Shown in pieces: positions 12,461-23,861 of a DNA stretch of 64,000 nucleotides. The position numbers were made by a program, and so were the translations under genes. Location: NCBI GenBank assembly GCA_964234715.1, contig OZ174280.1. One strand, written 5' to 3'. Each line of letters opens with the position of its first letter. Positions within the stretch are counted from its first letter, which is position 1. Origin of the DNA: Podarcis melisellensis (taxonomy: Eukaryota). Below the pieces are notes generated by a model that was not told the DNA's origin, made no database searches, and worked only from the letters and a program-made list of their open reading frames with translations.

Positions 12461-13278
12461 TTATTATTTATACCCCGCCCATCTGGCTGAGTTTCCCCAG
12501 CCACTCTGGGCGGCTCCCAATCAGTGTTAAAAACAGTACAGCATTACATATTAAAAACTTCCCTGAACAGGGCTGCCTTAAGATGTCTTCTGAATGTCAG
12601 GTAATTCTTTATCTCTTTGACATCTGATGGGAGGGCGTTCCACAGGGCGGGCGCCACTACCGAGAAGGCCCTCTGTCTGGTTCCCTGTAGCCTCACTTCT
12701 CGCAATGAGGGAACCGCCAGAAGGCCCTCGGCGCTGGATCTCAGTGTCCGGGCTGAACGATGGGGGTGGAGACGCTCCTTCAGGTATACAGGACCGAGGC
12801 CGTTTAGGGCTTTAAAGGTCAGCACCAACACTTTGAATCGTGCTCGGAAACGTACTGGGAGCCAGTGCAGATCTCTCAGAACCGGTGCTATGTGGTCCCG
12901 GCGGCCACTCCCAGTCACCAGTCTAGCTGCCGCATTCTGGATTAATTGCAGTTTCCGGGTCACCTTCAAAGGTAGCCCCACGTAGAGCGCGTTGCAGTAG
13001 TCCAAGCGTGAGATAACTAGAGCATGCACCACTCTGGCGAGACAGTCCGCGGGGAGGTAGGGTCTTAGCCTGCGTACCAGGTGGAGCTGGTAGACAGCTG
13101 CCCTGGACACAGAGTTAACCTGCGCCTCCATGGACAGCTGTGAGTCCAAAATGACTCCCAGGCTGCGCACCTGGTCCTTCAGGGGCACAGTTACCCCATT
13201 CAGGACCAGGGATTCCTCCACACCTATCCGCCTCCTGTCCCCCAAAAACAGTACTTCTGTCTTGTCAGGATTCAGCCG
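12421..13278 (-). mobile_element. 5'-truncated L2-clade LINE (ORF2 C-terminus, 3'UTR and (TAA/ATT)n tail)
   Basis: ORF 12544..13281 has LNPDKTE, LGVILDSQLSM, SRLDYCNALYVGLP, LQLIQNAAARLV and LHWLPV motifs typical of L2 ORF2; trinucleotide tail at 12421-12460. Confidence 0.9.
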
Positions 13279-13984
13279 CAATTATGCATTGTTGCAAGCC
13301 AGAATGAATAAGGGAGGGGAAATGGTGGATAATGCCATTGCTTCTGCAAATGTGTAAATAATGTCCACCCATAATGAAGATATTCAAGCCCTTCTGCTCC
13401 GTCCCATGCTGGGTCTCTCACTTTCAGCCTCATTTACTTGTAATGGCTCATTAGAGCTGGTCAAATGCTTCATTACTCTTCTGGTCTGAGCACTTGTGTG
13501 GCAGACATAGCAAACATGCAGGCAGGAGAATAGAGGCCGCAGAGCAGGCGGAGAAGGTGCCCTTGTGCCACAAGGTTGGGTACTGCATGTACAAGAGTGA
13601 ATGTGCACAAGAGCACTTTGGCTAGCAGAGCAAACTCTCCAAGCAACTGGTTTTATTTTGTAGTGCAACTGCAGCTGCCCTCTGCTGCCTTCACAAAGTT
13701 CACTGCCAGTTCTTTCTGAAACCTGTGCCAGGTTGTGAGCTCCAGCTTGGCACTCAGCTCAGTCGTTGTCTTTTTAAACTAGAGGAATGAAGCCACAATA
13801 TCATAAATGGCTGTTTCTGAAAGAACGATTGTAGAGCCACAGATTACTTTGTCATTTAGCACTTTATCAGTCTCGTTTCATTTATCACTGCATTATTCTG
13901 CATTTCATTTCCCTGTGACTTCATTGGTTAAAGCCCCCTCCATGTCCCCAGGCATGTGTATATATACATATACCTGTAATTCAG

Positions 13985-14090
13985 AGTAACACTTCATGCA
14001 TCTAATGGGCTGTAGTTCACAAAAGCTATGCCACAGTGAATTTATTAGTCTTTAAGGCACCGCAAATACCTTCCTTGTTTTTGCTGCCCC
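13985..14090. mobile_element. Penelope-like element fragment
   Basis: gggctgtagttcacaaaagctatgcc...ttattagtctttaaggcacc resembles the reptile Penelope-type terminal motif as recalled. Confidence 0.4.
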
Positions 14091-15173
14091 CTGGAATTCG
14101 ACATTTATTGTGTTTTGTTTCCCCAAGAAGTGTCAGAAATTTAGTTCTACTCTTAGAACTTGGGGAACGTGTAGTTATTTCTCAGTAATGTGAAAATGGG
14201 CTCTAGAATATTATTTATTACTATTCTGCATGTTCTAGGACTTAGCCCTGCCACTGAAACAGGTTCCAGAGACAAAATGTGGCTCAAATTAAGCCAGGCA
14301 GGTGTTTGCTGCTGAGCATCCACAAAAGCAGCTGCTATGGGCACGTTTTCTCTGTGTTTCACAGAATTCCTGTGCATGAAGTCAAAGAGGCTGTTTAAGA
14401 TCTCCGCTTTCAGACTGGCAGAATTTGGTCAACAGGCATCTCCGCAGGGGCTAAAAGTGAGACCAGTGTACGCCTCTCCCTTGAGCAGGGCAATAGGAAG
14501 CCTCCACTAGAACAGAGAACATGGTCCTCCCTGAACATATGTCTTCTGGCAGGCATTAAAAAAAAGATATGAGCGTAGCATGTATTGGAACAGAGGCAGC
14601 CAATTTTGTATTGCATTTTTGGTTGCAACTTGCCATTCCCTTGTATGACTTGGAAGCCTTTGCATGTGAGAAGCCCCATGTGAATCCTGCTGTATTCAGG
14701 GCTTATGCTAGAGCTTCAAGGACAGCCATGAGTTAGTCTGCTGTTCAGTGTGGAACATAATGCCCAGTGGGTGTTCCTTGACATATAACCCCCAAGGGTG
14801 ATGTGTTTATAACGGCATAATAGGTATTATAAACCACTTAGTCACTACCCGCCAGGCCTGATGCTCAATTGGCTGCATCTCCAAAGCCTATAATTTGGCT
14901 CTTCGTGTGTCTAAGGCTGGCAACTTGTTCTCAGCTGGACCATTCCTTTCTGGCACTGAGGGAGGCCACTTTCTAGCTGATGTGGTTCTGAATGTTCCAT
15001 TACTGTGGAGAGGAGGTTTGTTTTCACAGTGTCTGTTAATTCCCTGGGTGCTCATGAGGAAAATAGCAGGTGGGCAGCTTGGGGCTATTGTACCGAGGGA
15101 CAACTCAGAATTAAGCAAGGAAGAGACCTGATCAATGATCTTTGTCTGCTCTCCTCTCTCTCAAACTCACCAG

Positions 15174-15325
15174 AAGAAGTATGCAGCCAGCCCCTACTCA
15201 GATGAGATTGTGATGGAGGTTTCAGCAAAACAGCAGGATGAACCAGAGATGCTGTGGGTGATGGGGCCTGTCCTGGCTGTCATCTTAATCATCATCATTG
15301 TCATTGCTATCCTGCTCTTCAAAAG
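15174..15325 (+). CDS. PTPRF: Exon with transmembrane helix (KKYAASPYSD...MLWVMGPVLAVILIIIIVIAILLFK)
   Basis: caccAG / GTGAG; 152 nt, phase 0 to 2; hydrophobic stretch of about 24 aa. Confidence 0.95.
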
Positions 15326-16099
15326 GTGAGCACACGCCTATGCCCGTGCAATGTTGTGGTGTCCATGGTGCAGTATTGTGCCAAGCTCAAGAACATTTAC
15401 AGTGAGCAAACTATATTATAAATCCAAGGACACTGTCTCTTCTGGGGGATGTGGTCTGAACCTTCATGAAGGTTTCTCAATGGAGCCTGCAAAACAGTGC
15501 TATGTAAGGCAAGCCCTAGGAAGGGGTGGGGAGCATGGGATCACATTCAGTGGTCTCTGCATTTCATTTTGTGCTGGGAAGGTGTATACTGGAAGTGAAC
15601 TGGGGCTGTGTCAGTGCCAGATGAACTGTGAAGCCATAGGACATAGCTTCTGCTTAGTGGTTCTAGGGTGATAACCTGGATGCCTCAGATTAAGTAAAAG
15701 GCTCTGGCCAAGATATGCCTACATCCCTTGGTTTATTCAGAGGCCTGGTGCTTTTCCCCAAGTCTTCTTGGCTCCAAGAATGAACCCTCCATGTGGTAAC
15801 AGGGACCCTTTGTTCCAGAGCTTTGTCCTCAGCCTAGTCATAGGTGTTCTGATCCATGATCTGGGACATGGGTGTCAAGTGCTTGGGCTGTTAAAAGAAG
15901 CAGGAGCTGCTCATTTGGTTACAGGGAGTGCTTACTCTCCTACCTTTGCTCTGGGAAGCTGACATCATTTTTCTCCAACTAAATGTGCATAATAACACCA
16001 AGAGGGGAGGTGACTTTGGGTTATTGCATGCACAATTAGTACCTTTTTGTAACCTGGATTTCCTCTTTTTTTCTCTATTTCTGCTGTCCCTGGATCTAG

Positions 16100-16111
16100 C
16101 AAACAAGAAAG
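16100..16111 (+). CDS. PTPRF: 12-nt alternative microexon inserting SKQE just inside the membrane
   Basis: Pyrimidine tract, TAG|CAAACAAGAAAG|GTAGAC; phase 2 to 2; gives FK-SKQE-RKRANS, matching the LAR-family juxtamembrane mini-exon as recalled. Confidence 0.85.
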
Positions 16112-17703
16112 GTAGACATCTGCCCTCTTCCCACCACCCTTACTAATCCTTTGCTTTGTCTGTTTCACATCCACTGTTTCATCTTGTTAAAAACAGTAAG
16201 CATAAGTCTTCCTACCCAGACTAATCTGGCTTTTGGATATTGCTCTGCCTACCTAGCCATTGTGGTGTCCTAAACTCCTTTAACCTTCTCTTGCTGTTAT
16301 ATTTAAATAAATGGCTTCACAAGTAAGGTGTGACAGAGTTTTAGAAAATTCCTTTTCAGTGCATTTGGTGTTCCAAGATTTGTGGGGTTATTTGCCCCCT
16401 ATATTGATCAAGGATGTGACATTACCATGAGCTGACTCCAGTTCCTTGGCATAATCAGCATGCTCTATAAACCAGTTAATAAGGCCTTGCTCTGAGCTGT
16501 TCCCTTTTCAGTGTCACTGTGTGTGTCCTACAAAGGTCTCCCACTGCTTGCTGACTTTGGTGTCTAGCTGATTCTTAGTAAATCTGGAAGTAATGCTGTT
16601 ACAACAGAGTGACACTGACTTTCAGCAGGAGGCAGGAACCAAAGCAAAGTCTTAGGCTTATTTCAACAATGGTCCCCTTTGGTGATAAATTCAAGTTGAT
16701 GCAGGGCTCTTATTTCAGATGCTGTAATGTGGTGGCTGCTTTATAAATGACTCCCCACTTCATGCATGCATGTGCATACAGCTGAACAAACTTTTGTTTT
16801 CTCCCCTCACAGCACAGAGAGCTCATGAGGCACCATGCTAATTGTGGCAATTTCTCCCTTCTAACAAATAGACTTGTGCCGTCAGGCAAAGTAAAAAAAT
16901 CCTTTTCAGGGTGCTATCAACAGTGTCTCCAGGTTAATCATAAGTGCTTTGGGCTTCTGATGCGTTTGAAAGAGCAACAGATACACACACCTCTCTGCTG
17001 AATTGCCTGCAGGATTGCAGCACAGTGCTCCTTAATACCAGGCTGGGATGTTTCTGTCTCTGTTGAATACCCCCTTCCCGTGGCTTAGTTACCCCAGAAA
17101 ACACATTGCAACTTTAAGAGGCAACACCATATGAGGTTCTTTGGTTTAATGGTAGCCACTGGACATCACTGATAACTCTTCTTGTCATGCCAAAATTTTC
17201 TGTAAATGTCTCCCATTTAATCACTGAGCATGTTCATCTCTGCTTAGCTAGTGAAATCTACTAGGATAAGAGCCTAGGGTGGTGGAGCTGCAGGCATAAA
17301 TATAGCATGAAGAGACAACAGTGTATTTTATTGTTCCATTAACACACGCCTGGGGGGCCTTCAGCCACTCAAGACAAGTATTAATGGACCAATAAAATTC
17401 ACCCTGAAGAGCCCTTACCCTATTATATTACAACTCTTCACATTTTAAATAATTTTTTTAATACTTGGCAAAATCTTAAGTATATTCATCCACCACAGGA
17501 AATAGTTCCCAACACTGGTGTGTGGAAGATGGAAGTGGAACTGGAGATTTTGTAAGCCTGTGTCTGGCTCTGGGGAGGGAGTTACCAGTCCCCCTTACTG
17601 CTAGGTGCATTATTGAGTCTATGCTACAGGGTCATCTTGAAGCTCGCTGCCATTTGGTCCATTCCCAGATCTACCGTCTGAGCTGCGCCTTCTCTTCCTT
17701 TAG

Positions 17704-17819
17704 GAAAAGGGCTAATTCACCCTCCGCCAAGGATGAACATTCCATTGGCCTGAAGGACTCCTTGCTGGCCCATTCCTCTGATCCTGTTGAAATGAGGCGA
17801 CTCAACTACCAAACACCAG
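17704..17819 (+). CDS. PTPRF: Exon, juxtamembrane (RKRANSPSAKDEHSIGLKDSLLAHSSDPVEMRRLNYQTP)
   Basis: cctttAG / GTAGGT; 116 nt, phase 2 to 1. Confidence 0.95.
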
Positions 17820-19824
17820 GTAGGTACCACTTGATGGCCCTACAGAGGCCTGTGCTCATTTTACTGGCAGAAGTTTGTGATAAGAGAGCCTCTTCTTCCC
17901 CTTGCAGTGTTGTGTGCACCTTCTCAGGCTAGGTTCAGAATGGGGATGGAGGTTCAGAGGCCAGTGTGGCTCAATACACTGTCGCTCACATGTATATCTG
18001 ACATTGGCAACGGTCAGAATGGGGATGGCAGGCTTTCTGTTGGCTCAATAGCCTGACCATACATGCATCACAAGAGCTGGAAGGCATAGCGTGACAAAGA
18101 ACAGGCTCTAATGGAGGCCTTGTCATGATTTATCTTATAGTCCATAGATAACACTCAGTTTTTTGGCCCAGATCATGCTCTCCAGATATGGCCTCAAAAT
18201 TAGCCGGCAAAAGGAAAGTCCAACATGCCAGTAGGTCCACTGTCAAGTAGCAGATAGGCAGGTTCATGATTCTGCTCCTGCAGTGCTTCCAACTCTTTAG
18301 GTACGTTGCAGTTGTAATAGATGCTGCTTAGCTGTGTCAGCAAAACAATCTGTCTTCAACAGAGTCTGTTTCCTAGATTTTTTGCTTTGTGGAGGGCCTC
18401 ACATCCTCATCTGAGGCAGGATGTGGTTTGCATTCTATCTTGTTAGAGTTGAAGCAACCTATTCCTTCCTTATTTAGATTGTGGGATTCATGAAGGCAAT
18501 TGAATGATGTTAGCGGTAAGTGGGGGCTTCTAGCTCAGTACACCCAGACTCTACCTAGCAAGTTGTGACCTGTATTCCTTTTCCTCAAAACTATTTGTCC
18601 TCCTATAATAGATTTTTTGGGGGAAAGCAGTTGCAGGAAGCGAATTGGAACTATGACTATGTGCCTGTGGCTATGTGCAGCGCTGCTCTCTTGTCTCTCT
18701 TTCTAGGCTTGAGTCCTTTACCTCATACTGCCTTGCAGATGGGTCAGAGGACGGGGGCTTGTGTAGGTTGTACGCACATAGCTTGCAGAATTGGGAGCAC
18801 GACCCACCCTATTAGTGTAAAGTCATTATTCCACCAGATGGTTTGCAGAGTCCAACATGACAGGAGAGTTAGAGGTCTAGTCCAGAGGGGTCACAGAGAG
18901 AAGATAGAGGCATGGACATGGTGCAGAGTTGTAGGTGCTAACAAGGGATGTTGGACAAAAGGGAAGCTTGACAAAAGAAAGCGAGTTAGCCTCATAGTGT
19001 ATACGCAATCCCCCATACATATTCTCAGGCGTGACCATACTTGCTGAGCTGCTAGCTTGAGCTTTTGCACCCTTTTATCTTCTCAGGTGCCCAGTAGGGA
19101 ACAATCAGTGTACAAAAAAAGTTCTGGTATTATTGTTCCAGCCTGAGACACTTAGTTGCCTCCACCTAGCCTCACCCTCTTCTGTGATGGATGGATGCCT
19201 TCTGTGGGCCAGACAGCAGCAACTAAACCCTGAGCAGTCTCATAGTTGATATCCCTTCTGGCAAATGTAGAGGCAGGAAAGGCCTTGCTCAGTACATAAT
19301 TAATCAAGCTGCTGTTATTAAATATTAAGCTTATCACTTTAATAGTTTCCACTTCAGACACAGGTTCTTGCGTGAATTGTCAGCTCCTTTGTTCTCATGT
19401 TCCATTTTGCAGACTTGTGGCAGGTCAGGCAGGGTGATGTCGCTACTAAGCGATTGGGTGAATTTTGACTACACCTTGGTTCCAAGGCTCTGCTGCTGTC
19501 TCATGTAGGAGGGAAGCATGGTCTTGGAAAGCAGCATGTGCTGGGAATAGGAACTCTGTTTCCTGGCCAACAAGCAAAGCCATCTATCATGTCTGTTGTG
19601 GGGAAATCCTCTTTGTGAAATAATCCTGGTTGTACTTGGTGCTTGTCTTAATACATCACCCTCCATGCTGCCACGTGTGCAGCAAGCATCAAACTGCAAT
19701 TCCCATCCCTGAATGTAGGAATGTGAAGGTTGTGGTGGGGATTTTTGTGGTGCCCTTTGACCCTCCTCTGTCGCATCTTTAACTCTTCCCTCAGCAACAG
19801 CTAATGGGATTTCTATTCTTTCAG

Positions 19825-19857
19825 GTGCCAGTGGCCCCAGTTGCCCGAATATCTCAA
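19825..19857 (+). CDS. PTPRF: 33-nt alternative microexon (G-ASGPSCPNIS-S)
   Basis: ttctttcAG|GTGCCAGT...ATCTCAA|GTTAGT; phase 1 to 1; resembles the mammalian LAR insert GSSAPSCPNISS as recalled. Confidence 0.88.
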
Positions 19858-20455
19858 GTTAGTTTTCTCTCCTCCTCCTTTTTCTTCTTCCTCACTATCT
19901 TTTCCCCGCCTCTTTCTTTCTCATCTTTTTTGTTCAGTGTCATGAAGGTCAACCTCACTCACCACAGACTTAGTGCTAACCCTTCTCTTGCTAGTGAGCC
20001 AGGCTGCCCCCCACAACCTAGTCTCTGGTGCTACTCACATACAATGCTCCAGCCTGCATGTGAAGAAAGAGAGATTAACACATCACAGTTTTCCAACAAT
20101 GAAATTCCTAAATCAGCCAGCAAAATTGCAATCTTGACTGAGCACATGGGGCTGCAGCAGCTCTTTCATTGGTATGTTATAGGACCCCAACTTAGGGAAG
20201 CAAGGCCTGGCTATAGTTGCAAAGGATGCACTTATATCATGTGGAATCCATACAGCATCTCCTCCAAAATGAAAAGGAAGTGTTCTCTATCCAAATGTAG
20301 TCCAGCAAGCTAGGACTAGCTCATCTCCTCCATATGCTCCTCAGCCACTGTTTTGCAGGCAGCACCTTACTGGAATGCCTTAAACCCAAATGTATTTATT
20401 TAGGCATTCAGTCATTCTTAAACCCAGTTATACACAGGTATAAAAACAATGACAT

Positions 20456-20499
<44 letters not shown>

Positions 20500-20500
20500 T
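20456..20500. repeat. (ACT)n microsatellite, probably the tail of the adjacent L2
   Basis: Direct read. Confidence 0.9.
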
Positions 20501-20862
20501 TATTATACCACCCTTCATCCAAGGGTCACAAGGCAGTTTACAATATAAAACTACAAAAATACATACTATAGTAACAAACAAAAAGCACACACACAGTTTA
20601 AAAGGTCATAGATTGTCTAATTAGCCAAAGGCCTGGGAGAAAAGGAATGATTTTGCCTAGTGCCTAAAGATATGTAAGAAAGGCGCCAGGTGAGCCTCCT
20701 TGGGGGACGGCATCCCACAAAGGGGGAACCACCACAAAAATGGCCCGTTCTTGTGTTGCCACCCTCCGGACCTCTTGTGGAAGATGCACATGAAGAAGGG
20801 CCTCAGATGATGATTGCAGGGTCCAGGCTGGTTGATCAGAGGAAAGGTGGTCCTTGAGGTAC
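20500..20862 (-). mobile_element. L2-clade LINE 3' fragment (different subfamily)
   Basis: The minus strand reads YLKDHL...LQSSSEALL...ERAIFVVVPPLWDAVP, homologous to the C-terminus of the 12544-13281 ORF. Confidence 0.75.
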
Positions 20863-20939
20863 AATACAAAATAATACATGAGAGTAGCGGAAATTAAAAT
20901 TTACAAAACCAAGTCCTGCAGATAATTCCATAAAATCCC

Positions 20940-21295
20940 AACACTTAAAAATGTTTGTGAAAACAAAAAGGTTTTGAGCTGATGCAAAAAGGATAACTCC
21001 ATGGGCACTGACCCTTGATGTGGGACATCAAAGGGGGACTTTTGTTCACATCTTAACAACCAGGCGGGACAGTACTGGGAGTGGTGCTCCTTCAGGGGTC
21101 CTGAGTCATGCAGGACTTAATAGGTCAGTGATAGTACATTGGATTGATCTCAGAAATGTATTGGAAGCCTATGTAAATCCTATAGAATTAGAATAATATG
21201 ATTCCAGGTGGTTGACCCACTAACCAAATGGGCTGCTGCATTTTCCTCTAACTGCAACTTCTGAACCATCTGCAAGAGTAGTCCCTCATGCAGCT
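20940..21295 (-). mobile_element. Older degenerate L2 fragment
   Basis: accaaatgggctgctgcatt...aactgcaacttctgaaccatctgcaagagtagtccc aligns by eye with about 12917-12990. Confidence 0.6.
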
Positions 21296-22106
21296 GCTCT
21301 TTTATTCTTTTGCTCTCTCTGCCTATGTCTTAATGAATGTGAAGTGCAGCGTGTCACCTACAAATACTGTCTTAATTTTCTGAGCTTCTGGTGGACAAAG
21401 GAGAAGGATGGGATTTTGTTCTATATTGTGCCTGTAAAGTTTACTTTGGCTCTGGCCTCCACGGCAAGAGGAAAATGGGGGGGGGGGGATTGCTGCAGAT
21501 TTTACTTCCTATTGATACTTTGAGAATTGCAGAGGAACAGAGATGGGGTTTAACTTGTAAGAAGAACAGATCCTGTCTCTTGATTAGGGGCTGGTGTAAG
21601 TCTACTTTGTGAGATTGTGCATCATTGCACAGTCATCAAACTCAAGAAGGCTAGTTGCACAAAAGCTTACTTTCCAGACCCTCTTTGCTCCCTACCTATC
21701 ACTAGGCAAAATATTATTTGATAAGGAATGGTTTTTTAATTGCCCAGCTTTTAGATACAGGATTTCTTGGTGCCTTTCTTATAGATTCATGGCTGTGAGT
21801 GCTTAAGACTTGTCCGCTGCCTCAGTCACTGAGAACATGAGAGTGGGCTGTTGAGAGATACAGAAAGTGGTCCTAGAGCCCAGTGAACAATGCTGGCATC
21901 TGTTCAGGATCTCTGTATCTGTACTGTAGTGTGCACTGTCTGAATGGAATGCAGGGTGCAGACTCCAAGGGCTTTGTACTTTATTGCCTAGGCCCCTTCC
22001 AGCCTCAGTCCATACAGCAGTATCTTCACCCTTTTTGGCCTGGTATTATATGTAGAAGCCATCTGGCTGGTCGCTGTCTCATCAGAGCATGCACACATAC
22101 ATTGTG

Positions 22107-22172
22107 CCATTGCGTGGGCACTGCATGCCACGTTTCCTCACTCATGTTCCATCCATCGCGCCACATTGCCAT
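22107..22172 (+). promoter_or_regulatory. Intronic YCAY cluster plus TGCATG (candidate NOVA/RBFOX splicing element)
   Basis: Eight YCAY tetramers in 66 nt and TGCATG at 22122-22127, about 90-155 nt upstream of the acceptor that follows the 33-nt cassette exon. Confidence 0.5.
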
Positions 22173-22263
22173 TTGGTCTGCTGTGCGCATGTGCAGGAAC
22201 ACTCTTCAGTTGTGCAATAACTTCTTACCCTGCTACCTCCCCTCCTTATGTTTGATCTGGTAG

Positions 22264-22361
22264 GCATGCGTGATCATCCTCCCATTCCAGTGACGGACCT
22301 CGCAGACAACATCGACCGACTGAAGGCCAATGATGGGCTGAAGTTTTCCCAGGAATATGAG
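22264..22361 (+). CDS. PTPRF: Exon ([33 protein letters not shown]), start of D1/wedge region
   Basis: ggtAG / GTGAG; 98 nt, phase 1 to 0. Confidence 0.95.
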
Positions 22362-23351
22362 GTGAGCCTGCTTGGGTGTTTAATCTTGGATCTGTATTCT
22401 TCCAGACTCAGGGGTCGACAACCTGGTGCCCTCCAGATTTCTGGACTGCAACTCCCATGAGCCCCAGCCAGAGAGTTAATGAGAGTTTAGAATGTGATTT
22501 AGAATGTGATTTAGAATGTCTCGATAGCACTGGAATGGTTGCTTTTGACCTGGACAATAGTTTTGTCTGCAGCTCCTCAGCCCAACCTAAGATTGCAGAA
22601 CTTACAAAAGAATTCTGCCCATAACTGCCCTATATGCTGGAAAAGAAGTGTAAAATGTAATGTGTGAACAGTCAAGTGTAGACCTGTTTTGCTTCCAGTA
22701 TATAGAGAAATATAGATTCTCACATTATGTTTTGCACACTTTCTGTTAGTTATTAATTATATTGGAAAAGGTTACAGTTTCAGTAGCCTCGGAGTGCTGT
22801 TTATGCTGTGATGGAGGCCAAAATAGTGGTATTGAGAGGCCAGGAATTATGGTGGCTTTTGCAGGCAAACTCCTTTCCACGCTGAACCATTTACTAGGCA
22901 GATGATTAATTTGAAAAATTGCTATGTTGGAAAAAGTTCCCTTGTAGCTATTAGAGTCACAGTAGCAGGATAAATGTTTTCCTGTGCTTGCAGCATGCCC
23001 TGTAGGGCCCACTTCAGCTGTGAGGGGCTTAAATCATAAATAAAACTCTTCTCATATGTGTAGAGGGGGAGGATAAATTGAGGAAGTGTCCTTTTCATGC
23101 ATTATTGGTCCTGCTTGAATTGTTATCTTCTTTTGCCCCTGACCTCCCCTTGCAGCAGCATATCTCCCTTGATTCAGGGGATGTGATACAAGCATTGCCC
23201 AGAAGGCAAGATTATAGAGGCCAGGGAGAAGCACTGGCTGGCTAAAGGCTAGCATGTGAAAGAGGCACCAAAGCCTAGCAAGGTTTGGAAAGACTGTTAA
23301 CCACACACTGCTGATCCACAGCATTTAGCAGGGAAGGACAAAAAAGGAGTA

Positions 23352-23861
23352 CCGTATTTTTCGCCCTATAGGACACACTTTTTCCCCTCCAAAAATGAAG
23401 GGGAAATGTGGGTGCGTCCTATGGGGCGAATACAGGCTTTCGCTGAAGCCTGAAGAGCGAGAGGCTCCGCTCCGGGCTCCGGAGGGTCGTGCAGAGCTGC
23501 CTGCCCTCCCGTGGTCCACGCAGCTCTGTGCATCCATCCGGAGCCCGGTGCCAAGCCGCGCCGGCCTTCGGAGGGTCGCGCAGAGCTGCCTGCGCTCCCG
23601 GGATTGGCGCAGCTCCGCGCAACACCCCGGAGGCCGGCTTCCGAAGGTTGCGCAAGCTCCCAGAGCGATGCCAAAGCTGCGCTCAGCTTTGGCATCGCTC
23701 TGGCTCCCGTTCTGGGGGCTGCGGTCAAGGGAAGCTCGGGCTTCCCCCGCCCCAGCCCTGTGCCTGGGTGGGGGAAAAAATAATTTTCCCCCTTTATTTC
23801 CCCCCCAAAAAATCTAGGTGCATCCTATGGGCCGGTGTGTCCTATAGGGCGAAAAATACGG
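23352..23861. mobile_element. Non-autonomous Tc1/mariner (Tc2/pogo-like) DNA transposon, 510 bp
   Basis: Perfect 27-bp terminal inverted repeats CCGTATTTTTCGCCCTATAGGACACAC, TA on both sides, internal subterminal TIR copies, CpG-rich interior. Confidence 0.9.

Noticed and set aside
12544-13281. 245-aa ORF as a host gene
   Set aside because: It is the truncated ORF2 end of an L2 LINE with a non-ATG start at the truncation point; ORFs 12617..12985 and 12627..12815 are its antisense shadows
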